A stretch of DNA of 64,000 bases from Ignavibacteria bacterium (GCA_947459425.1 CANHDJ010000004.1:26220-90219), one strand, 5' to 3'; numbered from the stretch's first letter, positions 27,905 to 39,018 are shown. Translations and numbers: made by a program. The notes: a model not told the origin generated them from the sequence alone.

Positions 27905-28211
27905 AACAACGAGCGGTGTATTGGTCGGATTCCGCATTTGCTGACCTCGAAGCAAGTGCCGATTTTATAGCTCTCGGTTCTCCCGGATACGCCGCATCGT
28001 TTGTGGAGCGTGTACGAAAGCAGCGCGTTCATTAGAAACGCTCTCCGAGCGAGGGCGCATTGTTCCTGAGTTTGCTTCCGAAGATATTCGGGAATTGCTA
28101 GTGCAGCAGTATCGCTTACTTTATCGTGTTGAACCCGATTCCGTCATTATTCTAGTGCTTATCCATCAACATCGTGATTTATCGGAACTTCTGAAACCTC
28201 TTGGCTTGTAG
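27901..28211 (+). pseudogene. ParE/RelE-family toxin gene with a frameshift
   Basis: Frame 1: MKQRAVYWSDSAFADLEASADFIALGSPGYAASFVERVRKQRVH*. Another frame continues ...KAARSLETLSERGRIVPEFASEDIRELLVQQYRLLYRVEPDSVIILVLIHQHRDLSELLKPLGL*. Total 311 nt (3n+2), consistent with loss of one nt near 28020-28035. Confidence 0.6.
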
Positions 28212-28383
28212 CATTGATTGTCACTTCCCCAGACAAGTGCCTAAAACTTCCGCAAATACCCACATTTTTTCATCAGCATTTCGCTCTTGTTGCATTTTTC
28301 CCTATATTTGCAAGTCTGTATCCCAACGTCCGCAAATCCTCTAAGTTGTTGGAAATTTTCACTTTCATATTTTTACAAACGCT

Positions 28384-30966
28384 ATGGCAAGCAATGAACG
28401 CATTCTTTCGGTGACGATGGAAGATGAAATGCGCAATTCCTACCTTGATTATTCCATGTCGGTTATTGTCTCACGCGCCCTACCGGATGTTCGAGATGGC
28501 TTAAAACCTGTGCATCGTCGTATTCTTTACGGCATGACCGATCTTGGCTTGGCATCGAATCGTCCATACAAAAAATCAGCGCGTATCGTCGGAGAAGTGC
28601 TTGGTAAGTACCACCCGCACGGCGATTCGTCGGTCTATGACGCAATGGTGCGCCTTGCGCAGCCTTGGTCTATGCGGTATCCGCTTGTCGATGGACAGGG
28701 CAATTTTGGTTCGATGGACGGCGATTCTCCTGCGGCTATGCGTTATACCGAAGCGCGGTTGTCCTCGATTGCTGGCGAGGTTTTACGCGACCTTGAGCGC
28801 AACACTGTTGATTTTCGCCCCAATTTTGATGATTCTCTTCAAGAGCCAAGCGTCATGCCGACCAATCTTCCGGCGCTGCTTGTCAATGGTGCGGGCGGCA
28901 TTGCTGTTGGTATGGCGACAAATATTCCGCCGCATAATCTGACGGAAATCGTGAATGCTTTGCTGGCACTTATCAAAAAGCCCGAAATGACGGTGGAAGA
29001 AATCATGCAGCACGTCACGGCACCCGATTTCCCGACAGGCGGCATTATCTATGGTTATCAGGGTGTGCGGGATGCCTACGCAACAGGGCGCGGGCGCGTG
29101 GTGATTCGTGCAAAGGTCTTTATCGAAAAAGCAAAAACAGGGCGCGAAAGTATCGTTCTCACGGAGCTTCCTTTTCAGCTCAACAAAGCAAGTTTAATCG
29201 AAAAAATCGCGGAACTTGTGCGCGATAAAAAATTGGAAGACATTGCCGATGTACGCGATGAATCCGATCGCGATGGTGTGCGCGTGGTCATTGACCTCAA
29301 GCGTGATGCGACCTCTGGCGTGGTGCTGAACAATCTCTACAAGCATACGCAGATGCAATCAACTTTCGGCGTAATTATGTTGGCGCTGGTCAAGGGTCGT
29401 CCGAAAGTGCTGACGCTCAAAGAAATGCTTGAACATTTCTTGGAGTTCCGTAATGAGATCATCGTTCGCCGCGCTCAATTCGACCTTGATTCGGCGGAAA
29501 AACGAGCGCATATTTTGGAAGGCTTCCGCATTGCACTGGACAATATCGAAGCTATTATCAAGACCATTCGCGCCGAGCGCGATGCCGGAACCGCCAATGC
29601 CGCTCTCCGTGCTAATTTCGGACTGTCGGAACTGCAAGCCAAAGCAATTTTGGATATGCGCCTTCAACGGCTCACGGGCTTGGAACGTCAGAAAATTGAG
29701 GATGAATACAAAGAAGTCATGCAAACCATTGAGCGTTTACGCGCTATTTTGGCAAGCAAACAGCTTCAAATGCAGGAAGTAAGCAAAGAGCTCAAAGCAC
29801 TCCGCGACAAATACGGCGATGCTCGTCGCACGGAAATTGTGATGGATGCGCGGGAGTTTACGATTGAAGACATGATTGCCAATGAAGATGTGATTGTGAC
29901 TATCACGCACCAAGGATATATCAAGCGTACATCGGTCTCGAACTATCGCCGTCAAGGGCGTGGTGGACGTGGTGCATCGGGCGCAAGCACCCGCGAGGAC
30001 GATTTCGTGGAAACCGTCTTCCAAGCCGCAACGCACCACTATTTAATGATGTTCACCGATAGAGGTCGCTGCTTCCGCTTGAAGGTCTATGACCTGCCCG
30101 AAGGCAGCCGTGCATCACGCGGGCGAGCGATTGCCAACGTCATTCAAAAAGATAATGACGAAAAAATTACGGCATATCTGCCCGTGCGCGAGTTCAACGA
30201 CAAGCAATTTATTATGATGACCACCAAACACGGCACGTGCAAAAAAACTCCGCTCAATGAGTTTGAAAATGTACGCTCCAATGGTATCATTGCGCTTGGA
30301 CTCAACGACGATGACCGCCTTGTTTCAGCGCGTCTAACCGATGGGAATTGCGAAATTCTTATCGCCAGCAAAAAGGGTATGGCGTGCCGATTCATTGAAA
30401 GCGATGTTCGCCCCATGGGGCGTTCTGCTACTGGTGTTCACGGCATACGCCTGAATGAAGGCGATGAAGTTGTTTCGATGGCAGCAATCCGCCATTCGGA
30501 CGCGAATGTGATTGTTGTTGGCACAAAAGGCTACGGCAAACGCAGTCGCCTCGAAGATTTCCGCCAAACCAATCGCGGTGCAAAAGGCGTAATTTCGATG
30601 AATCTCACGGAAAAAACCGGAGATGTCTCGGCAATTCTCGAAGTAACCGATAATGAAGATATTGTCGTGATGACCGCCAAAGGCGTGGTTATTCGGCAGG
30701 CAGCAAGAGATATTCGCGTTATTGGCAGAAACACGCAGGGCGTACGGCTTATCAAGCTGGATGAAGATGATTCGATTGCGGATATTGCTATCGTCGTGCA
30801 TGAAGAAGAAGTAGAAGACGACGGCGCGGAAATCATCGCAGAAGGCGTAGAAGGCGCTGAAAATGCTGTTGTTGCTGAGGTTGCCAATTTGGATGGGCAT
30901 ACCACAAATGGTCACACAGCAAGCAATGATGAGCCTTCGGGCAAAGAGCAGGAAGATTTGTTCTAG
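28384..30966 (+). CDS. gyrA: DNA gyrase subunit A
   Basis: 860-aa [57 protein letters not shown] (catalytic Tyr). C-terminal beta-pinwheel repeats and an acidic tail. Confidence 0.97.
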   Translation: MASNERILSVTMEDEMRNSYLDYSMSVIVSRALPDVRDGLKPVHRRILYGMTDLGLASNRPYKKSARIVGEVLGKYHPHGDSSVYDAMVRLAQPWSMRYPLVDGQGNFGSMDGDSPAAMRYTEARLSSIAGEVLRDLERNTVDFRPNFDDSLQEPSVMPTNLPALLVNGAGGIAVGMATNIPPHNLTEIVNALLALIKKPEMTVEEIMQHVTAPDFPTGGIIYGYQGVRDAYATGRGRVVIRAKVFIEKAKTGRESIVLTELPFQLNKASLIEKIAELVRDKKLEDIADVRDESDRDGVRVVIDLKRDATSGVVLNNLYKHTQMQSTFGVIMLALVKGRPKVLTLKEMLEHFLEFRNEIIVRRAQFDLDSAEKRAHILEGFRIALDNIEAIIKTIRAERDAGTANAALRANFGLSELQAKAILDMRLQRLTGLERQKIEDEYKEVMQTIERLRAILASKQLQMQEVSKELKALRDKYGDARRTEIVMDAREFTIEDMIANEDVIVTITHQGYIKRTSVSNYRRQGRGGRGASGASTREDDFVETVFQAATHHYLMMFTDRGRCFRLKVYDLPEGSRASRGRAIANVIQKDNDEKITAYLPVREFNDKQFIMMTTKHGTCKKTPLNEFENVRSNGIIALGLNDDDRLVSARLTDGNCEILIASKKGMACRFIESDVRPMGRSATGVHGIRLNEGDEVVSMAAIRHSDANVIVVGTKGYGKRSRLEDFRQTNRGAKGVISMNLTEKTGDVSAILEVTDNEDIVVMTAKGVVIRQAARDIRVIGRNTQGVRLIKLDEDDSIADIAIVVHEEEVEDDGAEIIAEGVEGAENAVVAEVANLDGHTTNGHTASNDEPSGKEQEDLF

Positions 30967-30994
30967 TTGCTGAATCCCCGCAGCAGAAGACTTT

Positions 30995-31028
30995 AAGCCG
31001 AATGATGGAAACCTCATTCGGCTTTTGT
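30995..31028 (+). terminator. Rho-independent terminator downstream of gyrA
   Basis: aagccgaatga / tcattcggctt form an 11-bp stem with an 8-nt loop, followed by ttgtct. Confidence 0.6.
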
Positions 31029-31174
31029 CTATCATCTTCCCGTCAAGCAATCACGACAGCAGCAGCAAAATTCTTGTTGTCCAATTTCCCCGTAAGTCGT
31101 AGTTTCGATGATTATTTCGTAATCAAATTCTTGAAATCACCCGCATTATTACTTTGCTGAAAGGATGTTATTCT

Positions 31175-31522
31175 ATGGCAATTCGTATCACCTCCGATTG
31201 CATTAACTGTGGCGCTTGCGAGCCGGAATGCCCCAATACCGCCATTTATGAACCCGCCGTGTCGTGGAAACTCGGCGACAAGGAATATTCCGATTCCACC
31301 TCGCCAGGCGGCTTCAAAAGCCAATTTTATTCCGATGAAGTCTATTTTATCGTGCCGGACAAATGCACCGAATGTGTTGGTTTTCACGATGAACCGCAGT
31401 GTGCGGCGGTCTGCCCGGTGGATTGCTGTCTGCCCGACCCCGAAAACGTCGAAACACAAGAATCGTTGTTGGCAAAAGTTGATTTTCTTAATTCGATTGA
31501 TACGACCAGATTGCGCAATTAA
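31175..31522 (+). CDS. 4Fe-4S dicluster ferredoxin
   Basis: Internal ATG 31175: [20 protein letters not shown]...[21 protein letters not shown]. Confidence 0.85.
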   Translation: MAIRITSDCINCGACEPECPNTAIYEPAVSWKLGDKEYSDSTSPGGFKSQFYSDEVYFIVPDKCTECVGFHDEPQCAAVCPVDCCLPDPENVETQESLLAKVDFLNSIDTTRLRN

Positions 31523-31572
31523 TCGCATTGCCCTTGATTTGATACCCATACACCGCATATACACTTGCATTT

Positions 31573-33933
31573 ATGGCAAAACAACAAAAAACGACCAAAA
31601 ACGCAGCAAAAAAGCCCGTAACGCCGTCATCAACACCTCTCAGCATCCCGCTTTGGGCAGCAGGGCTGACGTTCCTTATCACAACCTTGGTGTTTTTTCA
31701 GTCGCAAATCTTTGGTTCAATGTATTTCTGGGAAGATTTTGCAGAGTATATTTATCCGGCACAAGCCTTTGCTGCTAAATATCTTCGCATGGGAGAGTTG
31801 CCGTTTTGGAATCCCTATACCTTCTCCGGAACGCCGTTTTTAGCAGATGTGGCGATTGGCTTCTTTTATCCGCCGAATATGCTTGTGGCGCTATTTGTGA
31901 ACAATGGAAAATTATCCGTTCTTGCGGCGGAAATGCTCATTATTGCGCATTTTGCTCTCGCTCAATTCACGATGTTTCTTTTTGTACGCTCTCTCAAGGT
32001 GAGCGACATGGGAGCGCTTATTTCTGCGGTTTCTTACGGATTTTCGTCCTATGCGGTTTGCCACGTGTTCCACCCGATGATGGTTGAACATTGCGCGTGG
32101 TTCCCGCTTGTTTGGATGTATTTCCGTGAAACACTTATTTCCAACGAATCCTTCCAAAAGCGTCTTCGTTACTCGCTTCTGGCGGGCTTGGTGCTGGGGA
32201 TAATGATGCTCTCGGGGCATCCGCAAACGACGCTCTATCTGGTCTTGCTGCTGTTTTTCTATACCGTTTGGGCATTTGTTGTGCGAATAACCGACAAGAG
32301 CGCAGCGCCATCGAACCCGTTTCACTACGGCGTTTTAGCGGCATTGCCGATTGCTATTGGTGCCGGAATTTTTGCCGTCCAACTGCTCCATTCTCAAGAA
32401 TTTGCGGCGTATTCGGAGCGTATAGATTTTAGCTTGGAAAAGGCTTCCGTTGGTGCTTTGCGGCTTGTCCAAATTTTCACACTCGTTGTGCCAAAACTCT
32501 TTGGATATTCCGGGATGCAGTCTGCCTCAGAGCCTCTTTCTGCACCATTCTTTCTCGAAAATGCGGGATTTTATTACTGGGAAACAGCCTTTTACGTGGG
32601 TATCCCCGCACTCGTGCTGGGGTTGATTGGCTTTACAACATCACTTATGAGCCGCGAACGCGAGAATTTGGGCGGGCTGCTGTTGTTTGCGTGTGTTTTT
32701 GCTCTTCTTTTTGCGCTTGGTACAAACGGCTTTCTCTTTGAACTGATGTTCAAATTGCCTCTTTTTGACCGTTTCCGCATTCCCTCAAGAATCTTGATTT
32801 TTGTGGTCTTGGGGCTAACGATAATGGCAGGAATTGGGTTTGATGCGCTTCGGAGCAAGGCAGCGCGTATTCTCTCCATAACCCTGATTACAAGCGGTGT
32901 TGTGGTTTTTATTGCGCTTTTGGGCGCAATTGGCATACTGCCCTCTCTTGTGGGCGCTTCGGCAGAAGCGGCAGAGCGCTACGCCGCACCATTGCGTGGT
33001 TTTGGAATGGCGGCGCTTGTCACAGCGCTTATCTGCTTTGGAATAGCATTCTTGCTTGTGCGGGGCTGGATTTCGTCAACTATCGCAGGAATGCTTTTTG
33101 CCATCATCGCATTTACCGATGTGTATATCGTTGGGAGTAGCTTCAATCAAGCCAAAGATAATCCCGCAGAACAATATGAGCGCACCGATGCTGCTCTTCC
33201 AAGTGCCATGCGAGCCGATGCTATTGCGCCGGATTCGCTCTACCGAATTAGTATGCGCACAAACGGAGCAATGCTTATGGCACGCAATCAGGGCTTATAT
33301 TCGCCTGTTATGCTTTTTGAAGGATATATGCCGATTTTGATTGGAAGGCGTTTGCCGCCTGCTGCCACGGGTGAAGAAACATTAGATTTATTGAATATTC
33401 GTCTTGCTATTGCTATTGACAGCGCACGGGGCAGCGCCTATTTCAAAGAGCGCCCAAGCGCTTTCCCACGCGCACGAATGCTCTATGATGCCGTTCAGAC
33501 TACGCCGGAAAAAGCTGGCGAACTTGCCAAAAGCGGCAGTGTGAATTTTGCAACACAAGCAATTGTGGAAAAAGCGCTTCCAATCGCGCTTCCCAAGCAA
33601 ACGCCGTATGCGGTGCAGCACCGTGTTCACTGCACAAAATATGGGGCAAACGCAATGGTTTATGAGGTAGAAACCGCAGAAAATGGTATCTTAGCATTGA
33701 GTGAAATCTGGTATCCCGCCTGGAAAGCTACATTAGATGGTCAGGACACCGAAGTTTTGCGAACGAATTATAGTTTGCGTGGTATCATTGTTCCCAAAGG
33801 CAAACATACGATTGCGTTGCGCTACGATTCATCGGCATTCCGCACAGGAGCATGGATAAGTCTTGTGACACTTTTGCTCACAATAGTTGCCATCCTGTTC
33901 ATTACTCAAAAAGCAAGAATCAAGCACCAATGA
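31573..33933 (+). CDS. YfhO-family polytopic membrane protein (putative glycosyl transfer/translocation)
   Basis: 786-aa ORF with many hydrophobic helices. N-terminal FWEDFAEYIYPAQAFAAKYLRMGELPFWNPYTFSGTPFLAD is typical of YfhO. A C-terminal soluble domain ends in a final TM. Confidence 0.7.
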   Translation: MAKQQKTTKNAAKKPVTPSSTPLSIPLWAAGLTFLITTLVFFQSQIFGSMYFWEDFAEYIYPAQAFAAKYLRMGELPFWNPYTFSGTPFLADVAIGFFYPPNMLVALFVNNGKLSVLAAEMLIIAHFALAQFTMFLFVRSLKVSDMGALISAVSYGFSSYAVCHVFHPMMVEHCAWFPLVWMYFRETLISNESFQKRLRYSLLAGLVLGIMMLSGHPQTTLYLVLLLFFYTVWAFVVRITDKSAAPSNPFHYGVLAALPIAIGAGIFAVQLLHSQEFAAYSERIDFSLEKASVGALRLVQIFTLVVPKLFGYSGMQSASEPLSAPFFLENAGFYYWETAFYVGIPALVLGLIGFTTSLMSRERENLGGLLLFACVFALLFALGTNGFLFELMFKLPLFDRFRIPSRILIFVVLGLTIMAGIGFDALRSKAARILSITLITSGVVVFIALLGAIGILPSLVGASAEAAERYAAPLRGFGMAALVTALICFGIAFLLVRGWISSTIAGMLFAIIAFTDVYIVGSSFNQAKDNPAEQYERTDAALPSAMRADAIAPDSLYRISMRTNGAMLMARNQGLYSPVMLFEGYMPILIGRRLPPAATGEETLDLLNIRLAIAIDSARGSAYFKERPSAFPRARMLYDAVQTTPEKAGELAKSGSVNFATQAIVEKALPIALPKQTPYAVQHRVHCTKYGANAMVYEVETAENGILALSEIWYPAWKATLDGQDTEVLRTNYSLRGIIVPKGKHTIALRYDSSAFRTGAWISLVTLLLTIVAILFITQKARIKHQ

Positions 33934-33958
33934 CGAATGTACCAATGACCAAGCCACC

Positions 33959-34564
33959 ATGCACAATTTCCTCCAACTTCACGCTCCGCTTATTTTAGCC
34001 TCGGCATCGCCGCGACGGAAAAAACTCCTGGAGCAGATTGGCTTGGATTTTCGTGTAGTTGTCTCGGCTTTTGATGAGGACGTGATTCCGACGGATATTT
34101 CGCCTCAGGACTATGTGCAGATTTTAGCGCACTCCAAGGCACTACACGTCGCACAAAAACTTGGCGAGCCAGCAATCGTTATCGGGGCTGATACAACGGT
34201 TGTTTTGCAGGGATACATTCTCAATAAACCCCGGGATGCTGCCGATGCAGTGCGGATGCTCTCTATGTTGAGCAATAGAACACATGACGTTTTTACGGGT
34301 ATCGCGTTGGTAGAATGTCGTGCTGATGGCTCTGTTACAAAGTCAGTTCAAGATGTATGCCGTACAGAAGTTCGTTTTCGCCAGCTTTCCACCGAAGAAA
34401 TTCGTGGTTATGTCATCGGCGGCTCTCCGCTTGACAAAGCCGGTAGTTACGGCATTCAGGATGATTTTGGGGCGGTATTTGTCGAGGGTATTCATGGTTG
34501 TTACAACAACGTCGTTGGTTTGCCACTCGAACTTCTCTATCGGCGTTTACAAGAATTTTGTTGA
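33959..34564 (+). CDS. maf: Maf-like nucleoside triphosphate pyrophosphatase
   Basis: Internal ATG 33959: LILASASPRRKKLLEQIGL, GADTVV, DKAGSYGIQ. Confidence 0.85.
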   Translation: MHNFLQLHAPLILASASPRRKKLLEQIGLDFRVVVSAFDEDVIPTDISPQDYVQILAHSKALHVAQKLGEPAIVIGADTTVVLQGYILNKPRDAADAVRMLSMLSNRTHDVFTGIALVECRADGSVTKSVQDVCRTEVRFRQLSTEEIRGYVIGGSPLDKAGSYGIQDDFGAVFVEGIHGCYNNVVGLPLELLYRRLQEFC

Positions 34565-34631
34565 TATTGTTGGCATGAGCAGGGTTTGAGCGCCTCGCTC
34601 TTCTCAGATGTATTTCATTTTTTGTTGTTGT

Positions 34632-34943
34632 ATGTCGCACCTTTCCGAAAATATTGCTTGCCATATCCTATGCTGTATGGGGTCGTCGTGTCAGAAAAAT
34701 GGCGCGGACGAAGTGCTGGAAACGCTCAAGCACGAACTCAAGGAAGAGGGGCTGCACAAGCACGTTCATATCACAAAAACGCACTGCAACCATCTTTGTA
34801 AGCAAAGTCCGATTGTGATGGTCTATCCCGATGGTATTTGGTACGAAGAAATGACCCCAAAACTAGCGAAAAAGCTGGTTCAAGAGCATATCCGCAAGGG
34901 CAAACCCCTGAAAAAACATATACTCCGCACTATTCCCTATTGA
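34632..34943 (+). CDS. Thioredoxin-like [2Fe-2S] ferredoxin domain protein
   Basis: HILCCMGSSCQKNGADEVLETLK...THCNHLCKQSPIVMVYPDGIWYEEMTP. Cys pattern C-x4-C ... C-x3-C. Confidence 0.7.
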   Translation: MSHLSENIACHILCCMGSSCQKNGADEVLETLKHELKEEGLHKHVHITKTHCNHLCKQSPIVMVYPDGIWYEEMTPKLAKKLVQEHIRKGKPLKKHILRTIPY

Positions 34944-34962
34944 CCACTGTTTCCTCGCTGTT

Positions 34963-35280
34963 ATGCCCAAAGCACATTTTGTCTATATTACGACTTCCAG
35001 TGTGGAAGAAGCAGAGCGCATTGGCTCGTTGCTTGTTGAGGAGCGGCTTGCGGCTTGTGTCAATATCATGCCTAGTATGAAGTCACTCTACTGGTGGGAG
35101 GGCGCAATGGAAAGCAGCCACGAAACGGTGCTTATTGCGAAAACCAACGATGAGCGGCTTCAAGCACTGATAGATAAAGCATCCGAGATGCACACCTATG
35201 ATTGCCCGTGCATCGTAGCTCTTCCAATTGAACGCGGCTATGACCCGTTTTTAGTGTGGATTCACAACTCTGTTCGATAA
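34963..35280 (+). CDS. cutA: Divalent-cation tolerance protein CutA
   Basis: 105 aa. ERLAACVNI.P...S.YWWEG......E..L..KT....L......H.Y..P.I. Confidence 0.85.
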   Translation: MPKAHFVYITTSSVEEAERIGSLLVEERLAACVNIMPSMKSLYWWEGAMESSHETVLIAKTNDERLQALIDKASEMHTYDCPCIVALPIERGYDPFLVWIHNSVR

Positions 35281-35329
35281 TTTATTTGTGTGATTTTTTC
35301 TCAATTTGTGTTCAGGAAAGCGAGCAATT

Positions 35330-36307
35330 ATGCCGATGACAACCTATATTCAGGCAATTTCCGATGCTCTGCGCCACGAGATGCAGCGCGACCCGTCTGT
35401 ATTCCTTATTGGCGAGGATATTGGTGGAAGTTTTGGCGGTGCGTTCAAAGTTACCAAAGGCTTTGAAGAAGAATTTGGCGCAAAGCGTGTTATCAATGCG
35501 CCAATATCGGAAGCAGCTATTGTCGGCGCGGCTGTTGGTGCGTCGTTGAATGGGATGCGTCCTGTCGTGGAAATGCAGTTTATGGACTTTATCACCAACG
35601 GTTTCAACCAGCTTGTCAACGTTGCCGGAACAACTGCCTACCGTTGGGGCATTGGTGTACCGATTGTGGTGCGTGGTCCTTCGGGCGGCGGCGTGGGGGG
35701 CGGTCCATTTCATTCCCGCAATTCCGAAGCATGGTTCGCACATACGCCCGGAATCAAGGTTGTATGCCCCGCAACGGCTGCCGATGCAAAAGGCTTACTT
35801 ATCAGTTCAATCCGCGATAATAATCCGGTTGTTTTTTACGAGCATAAAGGCTTATACCGCAAAATCAAAGACGATGTTCCCGAAGGCGAGTACATTGTGC
35901 CGCTTGGCAAAGCAGCCGTTGTGCGCTCCGGGCGGGATGCCAGTATTATTACCTACGGTTCAATGCTGCATGAAGCCTTGGCAGTGGCGGAAGAATTGAC
36001 GAAAGAAGGCGTAGAAATTGAAGTGATTGATATTCGCACTCTCGTTCCCTTCGACGAGGAAACCGTTTTGGCATCGGTTAAACACACTAACCGCGCTCTT
36101 ATTGCTCACGAAGCAACGCTGACGGGTGGCTTTGGCGGCGAGATTGCGGCACGTATCACCGACAAAGCATTCGAGTACCTTGACGCACCTGTCAAGCGCC
36201 TTGCTGCATTTGATTCTCCAACGCCTTTTGCGCCGACTTTAGAGCAGGAAGTTTTGCCCAACAAGGCGAAAATGCTGGCGGCGATGCGCGAACTCTTGGC
36301 GTACTAA
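35330..36307 (+). CDS. 2-oxoacid dehydrogenase E1 component, beta subunit (transketolase-like Pyr and C-terminal domains)
   Basis: Internal ATG 35330: MPMTTYIQAISDALRHEMQRDPSVFLIGEDIG...GGAFKVTKG....FG..RV.NAPISEAAIVG. No alpha-subunit gene is adjacent. Confidence 0.85.
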   Translation: MPMTTYIQAISDALRHEMQRDPSVFLIGEDIGGSFGGAFKVTKGFEEEFGAKRVINAPISEAAIVGAAVGASLNGMRPVVEMQFMDFITNGFNQLVNVAGTTAYRWGIGVPIVVRGPSGGGVGGGPFHSRNSEAWFAHTPGIKVVCPATAADAKGLLISSIRDNNPVVFYEHKGLYRKIKDDVPEGEYIVPLGKAAVVRSGRDASIITYGSMLHEALAVAEELTKEGVEIEVIDIRTLVPFDEETVLASVKHTNRALIAHEATLTGGFGGEIAARITDKAFEYLDAPVKRLAAFDSPTPFAPTLEQEVLPNKAKMLAAMRELLAY

Positions 36308-36337
36308 CAAGGAAGGACACGGATTGGGGGGGCGGCG

Positions 36338-37645
36338 CTACTCTGAAATGTCCATACTCACTGGCGCTGCCGTCCCTGGTAACATACGTTTAATCACAAC
36401 CAGGGTTTTATCATCCGAATAGCGATCTTCTGCTCCGGCGGAGAATTTTTGCGCCTCTTCGATGCACTGATAGCCAATTTCCCGGGGTGTTTTCGTGTGC
36501 ATTTTCCGCAGTATCGTTTTCAGGCGATTTTCACCAAAGAGTTTGCCTTGCTTGTTTTGTGCTTCGATAATGCCGTCGGTGTACATCAGCAAAATATCCC
36601 CTGGCGACATATTGATATTTTCGATACGAAATCGCTGGTCGGGCGAGATTCCAAGCATACTTCCTGTCGTCGGAAGCAAATAAAAATCACGGGTTTTTGC
36701 GCGGTAATGAATCGGATTACAATGCCCCGCGTTGGCATAGAGCAGAAGCCCTTTGTCGGAGGAAATGAGTTCGCAATAAAACAGCGTCACAAAACGCTCG
36801 TAGGGGAATGTTTCGTAAATCAGCGTGTTCAAGCGCGAAAGCAGTGAAGCCATCTTGAGGTCGAACCCGACACCCATGCGGATTGCACCTGACACAAAGA
36901 GCGCTTGAATAGCCGCCGCCATGCCTTTGCTGGAAGCATCGCTCACAAGGACGCTCAAGCGTTCTTCGTAGTTATTTGGTGGGCGCAAATAATCAAAATA
37001 GTCTCCGCCCACGATGCGATCAGGAATGGATATGCCAAAAAGATGATAATCGTGAAACACGGTCTCGTGGTCAGGCAGGAGACCCTTCTGAATTTCCCAT
37101 GCTTGCGAAAGATCTTTTTCAATAACGCGCTGTTGTTGCTGACGCTCTAAATCCCGAAGACGAATACCAACGGCGCTGCCGATAATGTTAATCATATCGA
37201 AAAATTTATCGCTAATCTGCGGGGCATTGAAAGCAAGTGCATAAGGGTAGTATTTACCGCTCTTTCGTTTGATAAGTTCGCCAATGCCCGTTGCAGAATA
37301 GAGTTTAATCCCGGAACTCTTCAGTACCTCATCGGTTTCGTAGTCCATCACTGTGCGCTTCATCGGAAGCTCCCCAAACATCGGGTATTCATCAATTGTA
37401 ACCGTATAATTCTCTGGTACAACATCCAGAGAGCCATATTGATATCGTAGGATATAGGCATCTTGAGAAGGGTCAAGCTCCCAGATACGCCCGCCACTAA
37501 TTTCAATATCCGCACGGTCAACGATTTCTCGCATAACCGAACTGAGCAAGTCCAGCGCATTGGCGTACTTTGCTGAGGCAAGTTTATCAACAATGCGAAA
37601 GATTTGTTTTTGCGTCATAACCTGATTACTGCGTTTCATAGCCAT
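36338..37645 (-). CDS. PP2C-type SpoIIE/RsbU-family serine phosphatase with an N-terminal GAF-like sensor domain
   Basis: 435-aa ORF. VGGDYFDY, LVSDASSKGMAAA, ANAGHCNP, LLMYTDGIIEA, DDKTLVVIK. Confidence 0.8.
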   Translation of the reverse strand: MAMKRSNQVMTQKQIFRIVDKLASAKYANALDLLSSVMREIVDRADIEISGGRIWELDPSQDAYILRYQYGSLDVVPENYTVTIDEYPMFGELPMKRTVMDYETDEVLKSSGIKLYSATGIGELIKRKSGKYYPYALAFNAPQISDKFFDMINIIGSAVGIRLRDLERQQQQRVIEKDLSQAWEIQKGLLPDHETVFHDYHLFGISIPDRIVGGDYFDYLRPPNNYEERLSVLVSDASSKGMAAAIQALFVSGAIRMGVGFDLKMASLLSRLNTLIYETFPYERFVTLFYCELISSDKGLLLYANAGHCNPIHYRAKTRDFYLLPTTGSMLGISPDQRFRIENINMSPGDILLMYTDGIIEAQNKQGKLFGENRLKTILRKMHTKTPREIGYQCIEEAQKFSAGAEDRYSDDKTLVVIKRMLPGTAAPVSMDISE

Positions 37646-37656
37646 AAAGATAAATG

Positions 37657-39018
37657 TTAAACCGCCTCAACAATGACTTCCGGCGTGATAACTTCTTTTT
37701 TTATGAGTGCCGGAAAATATGCCACAACCTCGCTTGGTTTCGGTCGCCCGCCCGCAAAACCTGTCACAGAGGGCGGTCCCGTCAAAATAAGTGGTGCAAT
37801 TTCCTTGCCGAACCGCTCTACGGCTTTGTAATCACGCGACCGTACGCCAACGCGCATCATCACTTCATTTGGGACAATTGGAGCGGCAATACCTCCGTGA
37901 CAAGCATTCATACCGATAAACTCTGTTCGGATTTCATCAAAGTTCAATTTTAGATTGTCTAAAAGACGCGCACGCAAGATTCTATCGCCCATTTGGGCTT
38001 TTTCAAGAGCATCGGGCGCTGAATACGTCAAGGTGCTGAAGGCAATGTAGCCATCGGCGTAACTCGCCGAGACCTTGAGAAATGGTGTCGCGGGCTTGCC
38101 AGTAATGCCAAAAACGCGCACACGGTCTTTGCCGACATCTTCAAGATGGATACTGGTAAAATCTGCTACCACATCAGGCGTGATGTACTCTGCGGGGTTG
38201 CCGATTTCGTACAAAAGCTGCTCGCTGACGGTTTCGCGGCTGACACGTCCGCCTGTGCCTTCGTGTTTGGTCACGATAAATTCACCATTTGGAAACGCCT
38301 CAATAATGGGAAAGCCCACATTTGCCATGTCCGGCAGACTGCGCCAATCGCCTAAGAAATTGCCGCCCGTCGCCTGTGCGCCACATTCGTTGATGTGTCC
38401 AGCGACCGTTCCCGCCGAAAGTTTGTCCCAATCATCCGCGCTCCAGCCAAATTCATAAATCATCGGAGCAAGCGTTAATCCGGTATCGGTGGTGCGCCCA
38501 GTGATGACAATATCTGCCCCTTGTTTCAATGCCTCGACGATGGGGAATGCGCCTAAATACACGTTGGCGCTCAGAAGTTTATCTTTCACCTCAGCGATTG
38601 GCTGCCCCGTTTCCATCTGCTTCATTTCGTGTCCGCCGGCAATGAAATCATCAATGCTGCCCAGAATATTATCGCCCATCACCACACCGATTTTTAGCCC
38701 CGTGATGCCCAATTTCCGTGCGACGGCGAAGATTGCATCGCGTGCGGCAAGCGGATTGACACCACCGCCATTGGTAATGAGTTTAATATTGTTTTTTACC
38801 AAATAAGGTAAAATTTCTTCACACGTTTCGACCAAATCTTTTGCATAGCCGAGTGCCGGATTTTTGAGTTTTTGCTTCTGCATGATGGACATCGTTACTT
38901 CAGCGAGATAGTCCATCATCAAATAATCAATATTGCCCGGACGTACCTGAGCAAGTGGCGCGGAGAGGAGGTCTCCCCAGAAACCTTGACCTGATGCGAT
39001 GCGGATAGAACTTTTCAT
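37657..39018 (-). CDS. DUF1446 / AtuA-like (acyclic terpene utilisation family) protein
   Basis: Internal ATG 39018: MKSSIRIASGQGFWGDLLSAPLAQV...IDYLMMDYLAEVTMSIM, typical of AtuA-family N-termini. Confidence 0.7.
   Translation of the reverse strand: MKSSIRIASGQGFWGDLLSAPLAQVRPGNIDYLMMDYLAEVTMSIMQKQKLKNPALGYAKDLVETCEEILPYLVKNNIKLITNGGGVNPLAARDAIFAVARKLGITGLKIGVVMGDNILGSIDDFIAGGHEMKQMETGQPIAEVKDKLLSANVYLGAFPIVEALKQGADIVITGRTTDTGLTLAPMIYEFGWSADDWDKLSAGTVAGHINECGAQATGGNFLGDWRSLPDMANVGFPIIEAFPNGEFIVTKHEGTGGRVSRETVSEQLLYEIGNPAEYITPDVVADFTSIHLEDVGKDRVRVFGITGKPATPFLKVSASYADGYIAFSTLTYSAPDALEKAQMGDRILRARLLDNLKLNFDEIRTEFIGMNACHGGIAAPIVPNEVMMRVGVRSRDYKAVERFGKEIAPLILTGPPSVTGFAGGRPKPSEVVAYFPALIKKEVITPEVIVEAV

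Noticed and set aside
30334-31050. Minus-strand ORFs 30334..31050 and 30531..30905
   Set aside because: They are antisense to the gyrA 3' region and cross the gyrA terminator.
31112-31778. ORFs 31209..31778 (+) and 31112..31570 (-)
   Set aside because: They overlap the ferredoxin gene, whose CxxCxxCxxxCP motifs identify the true frame, and the start of the YfhO gene.
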